A stretch of 64,000 bases of DNA from contig WQZP01000005.1 in assembly GCA_009780675.1 (NCBI GenBank), positions 33,082-97,081 of the forward strand, written 5' to 3'. The stretch comes from Spirochaetaceae bacterium. GTDB lineage: Bacteria > Spirochaetota > Spirochaetia > CADAEX01. Both the position numbers and the translations under genes were made by a program. Positions 33,095 through 43,653 of the stretch are shown in pieces (position 1 is the stretch's first letter; each line of letters starts with the position of its first letter). The notes beneath the pieces were generated by a model that had not been told where the DNA came from, did no database searches, and saw only the letters and a list, made by a program, of their open reading frames with translations.

Positions 33095-34393
33095 TTAAAT
33101 CCTTTCCCTGAGAATTATTCTTTTCCCTTCGATATCTCTGTCTGTTATTATCTCTGAATGAGAATTATTGTTGATCCCTATTCTTACTGCAATAACGCCA
33201 AGTTGACCGTCGTTATTTATATACCAGAGAGTTCTGATGCTTTGTCCTGCTGCAGATGCCCTGCTGCCTTGCTGACGAGGCTGTTGTACCGGCGCTCTTC
33301 TGACAGGCATTTGAGGCATTAACAGGGAGCTAAGCCCGCCCTGCTGACTGCCTGCGCTTCCTGAAGCTGTTGCCTGTCTGGCATTACGCGCTTCAATAGC
33401 TGCTCTTCTTTCGCTTTCTGACATGATATCTAATGTTGCGTGAAATACTTTTTCTTCTATTTCTTCTCTGTTAAGTGTTGATGGTACATAGCGGAGAGCA
33501 GCATTTGGAACAATTAAAATATTTTCTTTTTGTTCCTGAATAAACTCAACCTGGCATGTCATGCCAGGAAGAAAAATCCCGTCTGTATTGTCTGCTTTTA
33601 TAATCACTCTATATGCTACAACATTATCTACGACAGAAGGCATAAGATGAATTTTTTTAACAATTCCAAAATAAGTTCTTCCTGGTAAAGCTTCAAGAGT
33701 AAATCTTACATTTTGCCCCATGCGGATACCTGCAATATCAAGTTCATCTACATTTGCCTCAATTTGCATTTCTCTTAAATCTTCTGCAAGTGTAAAAAGG
33801 CTTGTTGAATTCATACTTGAACCCTCAACAACATTCTGCCCTTCATTTATATTCCGCTCCAGTACAATACCATCTATAGGAGATGTTATATATGCATATT
33901 GATTGATTTCTGTTTCTATTACATTAAATGAAGCTTCAGCAGCAGAAAGTTCTGCTGCATGGATATTAAGAGTTGTTCTTCCTGTTTTTAGTTCAAAATC
34001 AGATATAAGGTTTCTTTCTGCAAGTCTAAGCTGATTTTGGAAACTAATAGATTGAAGTTCGTAATTTGCTCTTGCTTTTACAACAGCAGCACGTTGTTGT
34101 TCTCTTCTTAACCTGAGCATATCTGTATTGAGTACTGCAAGAGTTTGTCCTCTTGTTATTTGATCATTAAAATCAACATATATTTTCTCAACTTTTCCGC
34201 TCATTTGGGCAAGAACACTTACTATTGATACAGGTGTAAGAGTACCGCTGCTTGTTACTGTTCTTTCCAATGTTCCTCTGAGAACTTCTGTAAAATCATA
34301 AGTGCTATTATTGTTTCTTGCATTGCAGCCAGCAAGAATTAAAATTGCTAATATTATCATAAGTATAAGAAAAACAGAATTCTTGATTTTCAC
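33095..34393 (-). CDS. MacA-like periplasmic adaptor (lipoprotein)
   Basis: LAGC lipobox, SGKVEKIYVDFN, ITSPIDGIV, NVDELDI, LPGMT. Confidence 0.92.
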   Translation of the reverse strand: MKIKNSVFLILMIILAILILAGCNARNNNSTYDFTEVLRGTLERTVTSSGTLTPVSIVSVLAQMSGKVEKIYVDFNDQITRGQTLAVLNTDMLRLRREQQRAAVVKARANYELQSISFQNQLRLAERNLISDFELKTGRTTLNIHAAELSAAEASFNVIETEINQYAYITSPIDGIVLERNINEGQNVVEGSSMNSTSLFTLAEDLREMQIEANVDELDIAGIRMGQNVRFTLEALPGRTYFGIVKKIHLMPSVVDNVVAYRVIIKADNTDGIFLPGMTCQVEFIQEQKENILIVPNAALRYVPSTLNREEIEEKVFHATLDIMSESERRAAIEARNARQATASGSAGSQQGGLSSLLMPQMPVRRAPVQQPRQQGSRASAAGQSIRTLWYINNDGQLGVIAVRIGINNNSHSEIITDRDIEGKRIILRERI

Positions 34394-34570
34394 ATTTTCT
34401 CTCCTGAAAATTTATCATCATAGTGACAAAACAATCTATTATATAATAAGTAATAATATTTGTAAAATATAGCTATTTTATGTGTATTTTGTGTGAATTT
34501 ACTTGTTTCTTATGCTTTCAACAGTAGCACTATTTATGTTTTGAAAAAAGTTGTGAGTTATACCCTCATC

Positions 34571-35002
34571 TTAAAAAAAGAACCAGAGTCCGCTTCTTCT
34601 TTCCCTCTGCTGTTGTCGATATTGTTGCCGGGCTATTGTCAGGTTAGTTCTTGCAATGGTATGAGTTGGTTCGATCCTCAGCGCAGCTTCATAGTCCGCG
34701 ATTGCCTTGTCAAATTCTCTTATATTAAAATGGGCATTGCCACGGTTATTAAACGCATCTGCGAAGTTTGGGTTAAGGCGGATAGCTTCGGTATAATCTG
34801 CAATTGCGTTCTCAAACTCTTGCCTGGCCGCAAACGCAAGGCCACGGTTGTAGAACGCAATTGCGTCATTTGGGTTCTGCCTGATAGCTTCGGTATAGGT
34901 TGCGATATCTTGTGGCCACGCAATTGCCGGGAAAAGAAGTGTTAGCACTAATACCGGCACACTCAAAAAAAGTATTTTGATCGAAAAAATGTTTTTCATC
35001 AT
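34571..35002 (-). CDS. Exported short TPR protein (2-3 TPRs)
   Basis: Signal peptide, AFYNRG...AIADYTEAIRLNP consensus TPR. Confidence 0.88.
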   Translation of the reverse strand: MMKNIFSIKILFLSVPVLVLTLLFPAIAWPQDIATYTEAIRQNPNDAIAFYNRGLAFAARQEFENAIADYTEAIRLNPNFADAFNNRGNAHFNIREFDKAIADYEAALRIEPTHTIARTNLTIARQQYRQQQRERRSGLWFFF

Positions 35003-35025
35003 TATTCTCCGTAAAATAGTGACTG

Positions 35026-36024
35026 TTACCAGCCTCGTAGTTGTTTGGCTTTTTCCAGATTAGCTTTTGCATTGGCATGATTCTGGTTGATTCTCAGCGA
35101 AGCTTCAAAATCTTCAATTGCCTTGTCAAAATTTTGTAAATTAAAATAAGCATTGCCTCGATTATTATACACATCATAACTTGGGTTCAAGCGGATAGTC
35201 TGAGTGTAATCTGCGATTGCCATGTTATAGTTGGATTGCTTAAAATGTATATTGCCGCGATTAAAATACGCGTCTGCATAATTTGGGTCTAAACGGATAG
35301 CTTGAGAGAAATCCTCGATTGCTTTGTCATAGTTTTGCCTGTTGGCATGTACATTACCACGATTAAAATACGCGTTTGCATGGTTTGGGTTAAAGCGGAT
35401 AACTTCTGTAAAATCTGCAATTGCTCTGTTAAAATCATTATTTTTGCTGTATGCATTACCGCGGTTGAAATATGCTTCTATAAAATTAGGATTGAATTCG
35501 ATAGCCTGAGTGAAATCTGCGATTGCTTTGTTATTCTCTCCAATGTTAGCATACATAATGCCCCTGCTATAATATACAACTGCAGCATAGGGGTTAATGT
35601 AGATAGACTGGGAAAAATCCTCAATTGCTTTGTTATTTTCTCCCATGTTAGCATAAATAATGCCCCGGCTGTAAAATGCGTTTGCATCAACAGGGTTCAA
35701 ATGGATTACCTGAGTGAAATCTGCGATTGCTTTGTTATAATCATTTTTGTGAACAAACAGAAGGCCACGGTTGAAGTGAGCCTCTACAAAATCAGGATTA
35801 AGACGAATAGCCTGAGTGAAATCTGCGATTGCTTTGTCATGCTCTCCTTTCATTGCATATGCATTACCTCGGTTAAAATAGACTCCAGCGTCATTTGGAT
35901 TCCAGCGGATAGCTTCGGTATATGCTTCGATATCTTGCGACCACACAACTGAAGGGGAGAAAAGCACTGATGCCAATACCAACATTCCCATAAAAAGTAT
36001 TCTTATTGTAAAAATGTTTTTCAT
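35026..36024 (-). CDS. Exported TPR protein (about 8-9 consensus TPRs)
   Basis: Signal peptide, 34-aa repeats YFNRG...KAIADFTQAIRLNP. Confidence 0.92.
   Translation of the reverse strand: MKNIFTIRILFMGMLVLASVLFSPSVVWSQDIEAYTEAIRWNPNDAGVYFNRGNAYAMKGEHDKAIADFTQAIRLNPDFVEAHFNRGLLFVHKNDYNKAIADFTQVIHLNPVDANAFYSRGIIYANMGENNKAIEDFSQSIYINPYAAVVYYSRGIMYANIGENNKAIADFTQAIEFNPNFIEAYFNRGNAYSKNNDFNRAIADFTEVIRFNPNHANAYFNRGNVHANRQNYDKAIEDFSQAIRLDPNYADAYFNRGNIHFKQSNYNMAIADYTQTIRLNPSYDVYNNRGNAYFNLQNFDKAIEDFEASLRINQNHANAKANLEKAKQLRGW
35100..35920 (-). repeat. Internal 102-bp tandem repeats encoding TPR units
   Basis: CCTGAGTGAAATCTGCGATTGCTTTGT recurs near 35505, 35709 and 35811 (multiples of 102 bp). Confidence 0.8.
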
Positions 36025-36150
36025 TATTATTCCTAAGTATAGTTATAATATATTGGAGAGGTCAATAAAACAAGGGAATTTTTCAGGTATATCAAACAAC
36101 CAGATACGAATAATATAGCAATATATTAAAAAATATAGTATTATAAATGT

Positions 36151-36363
36151 ATGGTTGAATGGGAAGATATGACTCCGGAAGAAAGGGATCGCTTGATTTA
36201 TCTGGTGCTTACAGAAGATGCTTTAAAAGCAATAACCATGATAATGCATAAAAAGCACGGCCCTGATGTAAGTGCAGAAACAATAATGCGTTTTGCGTTT
36301 AAGGTTGCAAGAAACAGGATGATACCTGCTCACTTAAAGAAGAAAAACAAAAAGAAAAACTAG
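36151..36363 (+). CDS. Small hypothetical protein (70 aa, basic C-terminus)
   Basis: ATG ORF filling the intergenic gap, protein-like composition, promoter-like element just upstream. Confidence 0.65.
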   Translation: MVEWEDMTPEERDRLIYLVLTEDALKAITMIMHKKHGPDVSAETIMRFAFKVARNRMIPAHLKKKNKKKN

Positions 36364-36412
36364 TATATGCTGCTTCGCAGCTTGCCCCTCGCAATAGTTG
36401 TACCAGAAAAAC

Positions 36413-39400
36413 TTAATTTACACTATCAACAAGCTCCAGTTCTTTGCTTTTATCACGCCTTAACAAATCAATACCTTCGTTATTATCAGCCTCTATAAGA
36501 GTTGCCATGCTTGGATTATTCCTGAATCTTAAAACATTAAGCATAAAAATATTTAACTTATTTACTATATTTGGAGGCAGCATATTTCCATCAACTTCTA
36601 CAGACATTGTAGGGTAGTTACGCTTTCTTGCCCATGGTGTATAAATACCTTCAATAACGCGGCCTATAAGGCATGCAAAAGGAGATATATTTATAACCCC
36701 ACTGTAAGATTCTTCCATTGCAGTTGCAGCAGCTCCGGAAGATACTGCAATTTCTGAATTCAATTCAAGATTTAAAAAGTGGTCTGTTGTTTTTTTCATT
36801 ATTTTGTTCATATCATCCGGATGTGGCGGCACAAGTTTTGTCTTTTTAAGAGCTTTTTTTGCTTTTTTCTCAACACTGTGTTTCCACATCTCTTCAAGAG
36901 TAAAAGTAATAAGTTTTTCGAATTCTTCACTAAAAAGCCTTTTCCACCATGGCAGTAACTTAAACCGTTTTTTCATATCATAATATTTTACAAAATCAGT
37001 ATAGTGTATCCATTCTGCAATTCCAGATACTTTTGCGATTATTCCCTTGGCAGAGAGGTGTTTGACTATTTCATCTACAGCAAAATCATCCCGCCGCACA
37101 TATATTTCTCCAACAATCAAAACACGCGGAACTTCATCGATCGTTTTTTTGAGGGGAATTTTAGCAAACTCATTTGCCATAATTTTTAGAAAAGGGATAA
37201 GTTTTTTTGTATCTGTGCTTATTTCCTCAAGCATTTTATTTTGAAGATCATCATATATTGCCAAAGCTTTTCCTGGATCTTCTGCGCATGTTCTTAATGA
37301 AGTTTGAACATCTTTAAGATAATCACCCACAACAAGCGCGTACCAGAAATTTTTTGTAAAAGCAGCTCCCAGCCCCCCATAAGAGTTATCCGCACTTAAA
37401 GTAAATACAACTATATTATCGATCCTTAAATCTTTAAAAAGATTTTCGTAAAATACAAAATATTGACCTGTTCTGCAAGGCCCTGTTGTTATTGGAACAA
37501 ACAAAAGATATGTTTCATCTTTTCTGTATTGTGGTGAAGCCATAAACTGGAGCGCGCTTCCAAGTACCAGCTGGGAAGGGACACATTCTTTACCGGACGC
37601 ATAATTTCTTGCATAGTGAAGAGTCATTGTTGTTGCAACAGGCATTGGCATAGCGTTTATCCCTTTTGCCTGAAGAGCTGCGCTTAGAATCCTGGTTGAC
37701 ACATCTCCCATATTTGAAATCATAACTTTTACTTTTGGGTTGTTTAATATAGGTGTTTTTTGCCCGTTTTTAACATTTAACAAATGAAGCGGTTCTGCGC
37801 TGGTATTCCCAACAAAGCGGAGCCCATTATCATATCTTTCTTCATTTTGTTCTGTAAGTTTTGCCTTATACCCTGTAATAATATCGAGAAAAGCTTCAAC
37901 TCTTGTGTCTATACCTGCATCTGCAGAGTGAGAATCAAGTTCAAGTACAAGAAAAGGCTTTGTTCCCTGAATCCACCTTAAATAATGCAGCATAAAAGAA
38001 TCAGGGGCGCATGCGAAATTGGTAACAAAAGTTATATAAAGATTTTTCTCGTTACGCACCAGTTGGGCAGTCTTCATGTCCTGCTGGCCATAATACCAAT
38101 ACATATTCGGGAAAATCTCTTCGTTTTCAAAGGGGAGTATATCAAAAGGGATTACTGTATAGTTACGGCTTGTAAATTTCTTTGGTATCCCCATATTTGC
38201 TTCTCTTGTTAAAGCATTATACGGCCTTCCCAAAAGAGCTATTACAGGACGTTTGCTTTCTCTTGCTTCAGCAAGCGCTTCCAGCCCAAGTTCCTTGGCT
38301 TTTTTTAAATATCCTTCCTGTCTGATTATAGCTTCTTCGAATGCTTCCTGAATTTCATTATCAGATATATTAAGCTTCTTACCAAGTTCAAAAAAAAGCT
38401 CAAGGGCTTTCTTTGTCCCAAATTTAAAACTTACAACAAGCTCCAGTATTTTATCCTCAGCCTCTGGAAAAGCTTTTTTAATGTAATAGGGCAGGGCCTG
38501 TGTCAGCGGGCAAAAATTTGCATGAACAGAAGTTTCATAACTTGGCATATCCCTAAAATGGGGAACAAAAATATAATCACAGCCTTTATCTATTATATCC
38601 TGAACAGCTCCGTGCGCAATTTCAGCAGGAAAACAATAATCGCTTTCTGTACGTGAAATACCTGCAAGAGCAACCTTATCTGATAAAACAGTTTTTATTC
38701 CAAGTGTATGAAAAAACCATGAATAAAACGGGTAGAGAGTATGAACAGAAAAAGCTCGTGGAATACCAACAGTATAATTTCTTTTTGCTATAAACTCTTC
38801 TTCGGACGGAGCGCAAATTTTAAAAAGCAATTCCGCCCGCTTTTGCACATAGTCAACTACACTTGAGTCAGCCTCGATCTTCTTTCTGCTGTTTGTATAC
38901 TTTGAACACCGTCCACCAAACATATACTTGTGGTTATTTACATTCAAAATCTGGATCGGGCAAAAATTTTCACAAGCCTTACATACAAAATTACTATCAT
39001 AAATAATTTCTGTTTCAAGGATCCTGTCTATATCAAAGTTGGTTTTTTCAAGAAGCCCGTCATTAAATTTTTCTTTAGCAAGAATACCTACGCCAAAGCA
39101 GCCCATTAGTTCCGGGCTTGGCGGAACCATAATATCTTTATTCAAAAGCATTGCAAAAGCAAGAGGAACAGCTTTGTTTTTTGCAACTCCTCCCTGCAGA
39201 AATATTCTTTGTCCTACTGTCCTGTTTCCAACAACTCTGTTAAGGTAATTGCTGACAATTGAAGTAACTATTCCTGCTGTTATATCTTCTCTTGTTGCAC
39301 CCTGTTGGATAGCTTTTCTGATATCGGAATTTATAAAAGCTGAACAATGTTCTCCGAACTTTAGCGGGTTTTCAGCTTTTAATGCTATTTCTCCAATTTC

Positions 39401-40750
39401 CCATGCAGCACTTATATTCAAGTCTCCCTGGGCAGATTCTTCAAGAAAAGAACCTGTTCCTGCTGAGCACGCTTCATTCATTGCATAATCAATTGGAACT
39501 TTATTTTTAAGGAGAACATATTTTGCATCTTGTCCGCCAATTTCAAAAATTGTATCAACATCACTTGCAAAATAGGTTGTTCCATAAGCATGTGCTATTA
39601 TTTCGTTATATACTCCACGTGTTTCAAGAAAAACTCCAAGGATTTCTCTTGACGAACCTGTTGTCGCGGCAAGTGAAATTTTTATATCCATTGAACCTAT
39701 ATCATCAATAATTTTTTTCTTTATTTCCCATAGACAAAGTTTTAAAGCTTTTACAGGGTCTCCGTGAGTTCTGCCGTAATGTGACGCAACAACTTCATTG
39801 GTCTTCATGTCAATAAGGCATGCTTTTGTTGTAGTTGAACCACCATCTATTCCAAGAATATATTCATGCTCTCTTTCAACTTTTTTTTCCGTATGTTCAA
39901 AATATTTTACTCTGTCAAGCTGGGTTTTTAAAGATTTATAACGTGCAAATTTTACATCATTATGTTTAAAAAAATCCCCTTCCAGCGGGAGTGAGCTCCC
40001 GTTTTCTTTTGCAAGATACGCAGCTCCAAGCGCTTCATAGAATGAAGCTGTTTCCGGAACTAAAAATTCGATATTTGGAGCAGCTTGTTTTATAAAAGCA
40101 ATAATATGTTTATTTAAAGTAACGCCACCTGTTATAAGTACCCGTCCGGAAGTAATGTGCGCCCGGTTTAAAAAGTCAATAACTTTTGTTGCCATAACAT
40201 TACTTAATGAAAGTACGATATCATCTTTTGTAGCTTCCCGTTTATTTAACTTATGGGTGCAATCGGACTTCATGAATACAGAACATCTTGTAGAAAGAGA
40301 AAGAGCTTTGGCATCGCTGGATATAGCGTTAACATTGTCCAGCTTCATATCCATGCGCCCAAGTTGCTGCTTAAAGAATTCGCCTGTCCCTGACGCGCAT
40401 TTGCTTCCGGAAAAGTTATTCTGTATTTTGCCATTTTTGTTTACAGTATAAACAACCAGGTCTTCTCCGCCCATGGTTACAACTGCATCTACCTGTTCTC
40501 CGGATTCTTTTAATGCTTCTTCTAGACATAATGTTTCAACAGTGCTATTAATATTGAAGAGATAGCGCCCTTCTGTCCCTGTTACCAGAGAGATTATCCC
40601 TTCTTCAATATTGCCTTCTTTTATAGCGGTTTTAAAAGTTCCAGGAAGATCGCCATCATGAGGAAGTACTATACTCCATATAAGTTTATTATTTTCAAGT
40701 AAAGCCAATTTTATGCTGGAAGAGCCTACATTTATTCCAAGACTTCGCAT
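36413..40750 (-). CDS. Fused CoA-substrate-specific enzyme activase (2 x BcrAD/BadFG ASKHA ATPase + DUF2229/dehydratase-like domains)
   Basis: GINVGSSSIK, KCASGTG, RCSVF, GIDGGSTTTK, EIGGQDAK, MNEACSAGTGSFLE, ECVP, GPCRTGQY. Confidence 0.9.
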   Translation of the reverse strand: MRSLGINVGSSSIKLALLENNKLIWSIVLPHDGDLPGTFKTAIKEGNIEEGIISLVTGTEGRYLFNINSTVETLCLEEALKESGEQVDAVVTMGGEDLVVYTVNKNGKIQNNFSGSKCASGTGEFFKQQLGRMDMKLDNVNAISSDAKALSLSTRCSVFMKSDCTHKLNKREATKDDIVLSLSNVMATKVIDFLNRAHITSGRVLITGGVTLNKHIIAFIKQAAPNIEFLVPETASFYEALGAAYLAKENGSSLPLEGDFFKHNDVKFARYKSLKTQLDRVKYFEHTEKKVEREHEYILGIDGGSTTTKACLIDMKTNEVVASHYGRTHGDPVKALKLCLWEIKKKIIDDIGSMDIKISLAATTGSSREILGVFLETRGVYNEIIAHAYGTTYFASDVDTIFEIGGQDAKYVLLKNKVPIDYAMNEACSAGTGSFLEESAQGDLNISAAWEIGEIALKAENPLKFGEHCSAFINSDIRKAIQQGATREDITAGIVTSIVSNYLNRVVGNRTVGQRIFLQGGVAKNKAVPLAFAMLLNKDIMVPPSPELMGCFGVGILAKEKFNDGLLEKTNFDIDRILETEIIYDSNFVCKACENFCPIQILNVNNHKYMFGGRCSKYTNSRKKIEADSSVVDYVQKRAELLFKICAPSEEEFIAKRNYTVGIPRAFSVHTLYPFYSWFFHTLGIKTVLSDKVALAGISRTESDYCFPAEIAHGAVQDIIDKGCDYIFVPHFRDMPSYETSVHANFCPLTQALPYYIKKAFPEAEDKILELVVSFKFGTKKALELFFELGKKLNISDNEIQEAFEEAIIRQEGYLKKAKELGLEALAEARESKRPVIALLGRPYNALTREANMGIPKKFTSRNYTVIPFDILPFENEEIFPNMYWYYGQQDMKTAQLVRNEKNLYITFVTNFACAPDSFMLHYLRWIQGTKPFLVLELDSHSADAGIDTRVEAFLDIITGYKAKLTEQNEERYDNGLRFVGNTSAEPLHLLNVKNGQKTPILNNPKVKVMISNMGDVSTRILSAALQAKGINAMPMPVATTMTLHYARNYASGKECVPSQLVLGSALQFMASPQYRKDETYLLFVPITTGPCRTGQYFVFYENLFKDLRIDNIVVFTLSADNSYGGLGAAFTKNFWYALVVGDYLKDVQTSLRTCAEDPGKALAIYDDLQNKMLEEISTDTKKLIPFLKIMANEFAKIPLKKTIDEVPRVLIVGEIYVRRDDFAVDEIVKHLSAKGIIAKVSGIAEWIHYTDFVKYYDMKKRFKLLPWWKRLFSEEFEKLITFTLEEMWKHSVEKKAKKALKKTKLVPPHPDDMNKIMKKTTDHFLNLELNSEIAVSSGAAATAMEESYSGVINISPFACLIGRVIEGIYTPWARKRNYPTMSVEVDGNMLPPNIVNKLNIFMLNVLRFRNNPSMATLIEADNNEGIDLLRRDKSKELELVDSVN

Positions 40751-40865
40751 TTATATCCCTCAAGTTGTAAAATTTATACTGATATTTATGAATAATATAA
40801 TCAAATTATTAAAAAAACTTCTATCAATTATTAAAAATATTTTTGATTTTTATTTTGCGTGACAA

Positions 40866-43202
40866 TTACTGAAACTTCCCTGCAGTATATTTGTTGCGTC
40901 CGTTCTGTTTTGATTCATAAAGCATTTTGTCAGCCTGTATTATGTAGTCATCTGCTTTTTGCTTATGACATGTATCACCGCTTATGATTCCAATGGAAAT
41001 AGTTACACAATCTGCCGCATCATTTTTTTCATGCATTATATTGAGCTTTCGTATGGATTCGAGCAGCTTTTCAGCTACCATTTGCGCTCCATTTTCATCG
41101 GTATTAGACAAGACAACAACAAATTCTTCACCACCATATCGAGCAGTAAAATCACCCACTCTTGGTAAATTCCTTGAAAGTGTTTCTGCAATCATTTTTA
41201 AGCAAATATCACCTGCTTTGTGGCCGTATGTATCATTGAAATTTTTGAAAAAATCAATATCTATCATCATCAAGCTAAGAGTAGCTTCGGCACGTGACAA
41301 AGACTTTATGATCCGGCCAATGTTTTCGTCAAAATATCGTCTGTTATAAATCCCTGTCAGAGAATCAATAAAAATTTTTTCAACTTCAATTTCAAGTTGA
41401 GTTATCTTTTTTTCCATACTTCTGACACGGCGGAGATCATATACATAACTTAACCCAATGAATTTCCCTTTATGCTTTACCCGTTCTGTTGTTACTTCGC
41501 AGGGAATGAGTTCACCCTTGGCAGATTTATGTGTCCATTCAAATATTTGTTTTTCGCCGTTAATCACGCGCTTGAAAATCTCAAGTGCTTTTTCTGTAGA
41601 TTTAGTGCCATCTGGCTGGTACTCAGGAGAAAATTCATTAATATAATCACTCAAGTTTTTCTCTGAAATTGCCAGCATATTAAGTATATGCTCGTTGCAG
41701 TCAATGAATTTAAAATCCTCATCAAAAGTAGTTACTCCAATGGGTGAGTTGCTATATAAAATATGATTAAATTCGTTTGATTCAGCTATTGCTCTTTCCA
41801 TTTCATAGCGTATGACGGCGTTCGCAAACAAAAATGCCGCTGACCGCATAAACCTGGCATGGTCTTTTTTAAAATAACGTTCGTTTCGATGATCCTCAAA
41901 AAGTACAAACCCCCAAAAAACATTGTCGATAAATATCGGCGCTACAAATGCTGACACTATACCAAGCGCTTTCAATATAGAGGCCTCATGTTCCGGCATC
42001 AATCGGACAGGTTTGTTTATTACTTCATTTACTGCAAATGCTTTTTCCCAATTTGGGGCATACCGGGAATATGTTACATCAGCAAATTCCGAGAGTGGCT
42101 CGGTAGTGCCGCCAGAAGCTTTTTCCCAACGGTAAATCTGCGAAAAATGCAAACCATCAGGCTTTATGGAGTTGCGCCAAACAGATAGTCTGTCTATATC
42201 TGCAATATCAGCTAAAAATCCAATTTCCTCTGTCATAAGGTCGTTAAATGGTCTATTACTTTGCGCAAGGAACTTAACTGCCATTCTATTAAGAGTTCCT
42301 GTCAGATTCTGCAGATCATATTTTACTGCTTTCAATGTAATATTATTTTGTACGAGAAATGCGACCAGGATACTGATGGCTAATCCTGCAAAAATCAAAA
42401 GCCATGCTTCAGGATGTTCGTACCATGCACGTATGGGGAAAATACGAAAATACCATTCAGCATTGAGAATCTGCACAGATTTTTCTACATAATGAGTAGT
42501 GGGCCAAAGATTTCTATTCCCGCTCGCTATTATTTGTTTTGCGTTAGTGTCTGGATTTATCCGCCAAAGTTGATATGAAAAACCTTTGTGCTCCAGCATT
42601 GAAAGTCCTGTGCCATCTAAAGCTTCAGGAAATTTAAGTGATACAGAAACTAACCCCCAAAATATGTTTTCTTCTGCTTCGGAATGGATATATACAGGAT
42701 ACCTGCCAACTAAACCCAGAATTCCCTGTCGCAAAATAAAAGGTCCAGCCATTACAAGCTCTCCGGTATCTCTGGCGAGTATTGCTTCTATATTACCGTA
42801 ATAATAATGTTCATCAAAAAAATCCAAACCTATAACAGCTTTGGCTTCTTCAATAGGGTAAGCATCCAAAACAATTCCATCAGGAGCTAAAATGAAATTT
42901 GCAAGGGCAGGTTCATTTGCCGCAATTACATCTGCTACTTTTTGAAAATTGCTTACAACACCATCTCCCTGTATTACTAAAGCAGCTAATGCTTTTGTCT
43001 GAAAAAGCTGTTTGGAAATAACTTCGTATATTCTATAGGAGTTTTCAAGTATGAGCCCTTCCATTTGTAGCATTTCAACACTCATTTTATTCTTGACAGC
43101 TATAGTGCCAACAAATGCACAAAGCAAAAATGTTAATAAAAAGTATAATATTGTTTTTTTATATATTTTTTTGTCCCCAGTCATCCCTTCTTCCCCCCCC
43201 AT
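40866..43202 (-). CDS. Membrane sensor diguanylate cyclase (CHASE-GAF-PAS-GGDEF)
   Basis: Two TMs around CHASE-like region (AGPFILRQG), GAF, PAS, DIDFFKNFNDTYGH, RVGD I-site, RYGGEEF; start uncertain (43202 follows AAGGAG). Confidence 0.9.
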   Translation of the reverse strand: MGGEEGMTGDKKIYKKTILYFLLTFLLCAFVGTIAVKNKMSVEMLQMEGLILENSYRIYEVISKQLFQTKALAALVIQGDGVVSNFQKVADVIAANEPALANFILAPDGIVLDAYPIEEAKAVIGLDFFDEHYYYGNIEAILARDTGELVMAGPFILRQGILGLVGRYPVYIHSEAEENIFWGLVSVSLKFPEALDGTGLSMLEHKGFSYQLWRINPDTNAKQIIASGNRNLWPTTHYVEKSVQILNAEWYFRIFPIRAWYEHPEAWLLIFAGLAISILVAFLVQNNITLKAVKYDLQNLTGTLNRMAVKFLAQSNRPFNDLMTEEIGFLADIADIDRLSVWRNSIKPDGLHFSQIYRWEKASGGTTEPLSEFADVTYSRYAPNWEKAFAVNEVINKPVRLMPEHEASILKALGIVSAFVAPIFIDNVFWGFVLFEDHRNERYFKKDHARFMRSAAFLFANAVIRYEMERAIAESNEFNHILYSNSPIGVTTFDEDFKFIDCNEHILNMLAISEKNLSDYINEFSPEYQPDGTKSTEKALEIFKRVINGEKQIFEWTHKSAKGELIPCEVTTERVKHKGKFIGLSYVYDLRRVRSMEKKITQLEIEVEKIFIDSLTGIYNRRYFDENIGRIIKSLSRAEATLSLMMIDIDFFKNFNDTYGHKAGDICLKMIAETLSRNLPRVGDFTARYGGEEFVVVLSNTDENGAQMVAEKLLESIRKLNIMHEKNDAADCVTISIGIISGDTCHKQKADDYIIQADKMLYESKQNGRNKYTAGKFQ

Positions 43203-43245
43203 TATCATCTCCTTTGGAATCGGAGTCAAGAACAGAGATATAGCT

Positions 43246-43653
43246 TTAATCTCTATAATATGTGGAAAATAACTCTAAGCCATCACTGGAAACAAATCTC
43301 GATTCCATTACATTGGTAGAAATCCTGAAGAACCTTTCCCTTCCCCAATCTCCAGTATAAAACCTTATATACATATCGTAATATTCTTCTGTTATTTCCT
43401 GAGTATAACCAGTAATAAACCCTGAAACTATATCTTCTACTATACTATGTCCGTCAAAAATAAAATCGGTTTTAGTAAATTCTACCATAAATGGATCATC
43501 CAGGTCATCGGTAATTACCCATGTGCCAAGTATCCACTCTGGCGGAGATACTCTATTGATCTCATCTGTTGTGTAGTCAAAATCCATGCTATAAGCAGGA
43601 AACAAAATTGCAAAAAAGAGAAAAATATTTAAAATTAGTATTTGTTTTTTCAT
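43246..43653 (-). CDS. Exported hypothetical protein (acidic, beta-rich)
   Basis: Signal peptide, PPEWILGTW lipocalin-like start. Confidence 0.65.
   Translation of the reverse strand: MKKQILILNIFLFFAILFPAYSMDFDYTTDEINRVSPPEWILGTWVITDDLDDPFMVEFTKTDFIFDGHSIVEDIVSGFITGYTQEITEEYYDMYIRFYTGDWGRERFFRISTNVMESRFVSSDGLELFSTYYRD

Noticed and set aside
35302-35952. 216-aa repetitive plus-strand ORF (also 34493-34945)
   Set aside because: Antisense shadow of the TPR genes
36369-36381. GCTGC-TTC-GCAGC mini hairpin between convergent genes
   Set aside because: Only a 5-bp stem with no U-tract; too weak to call
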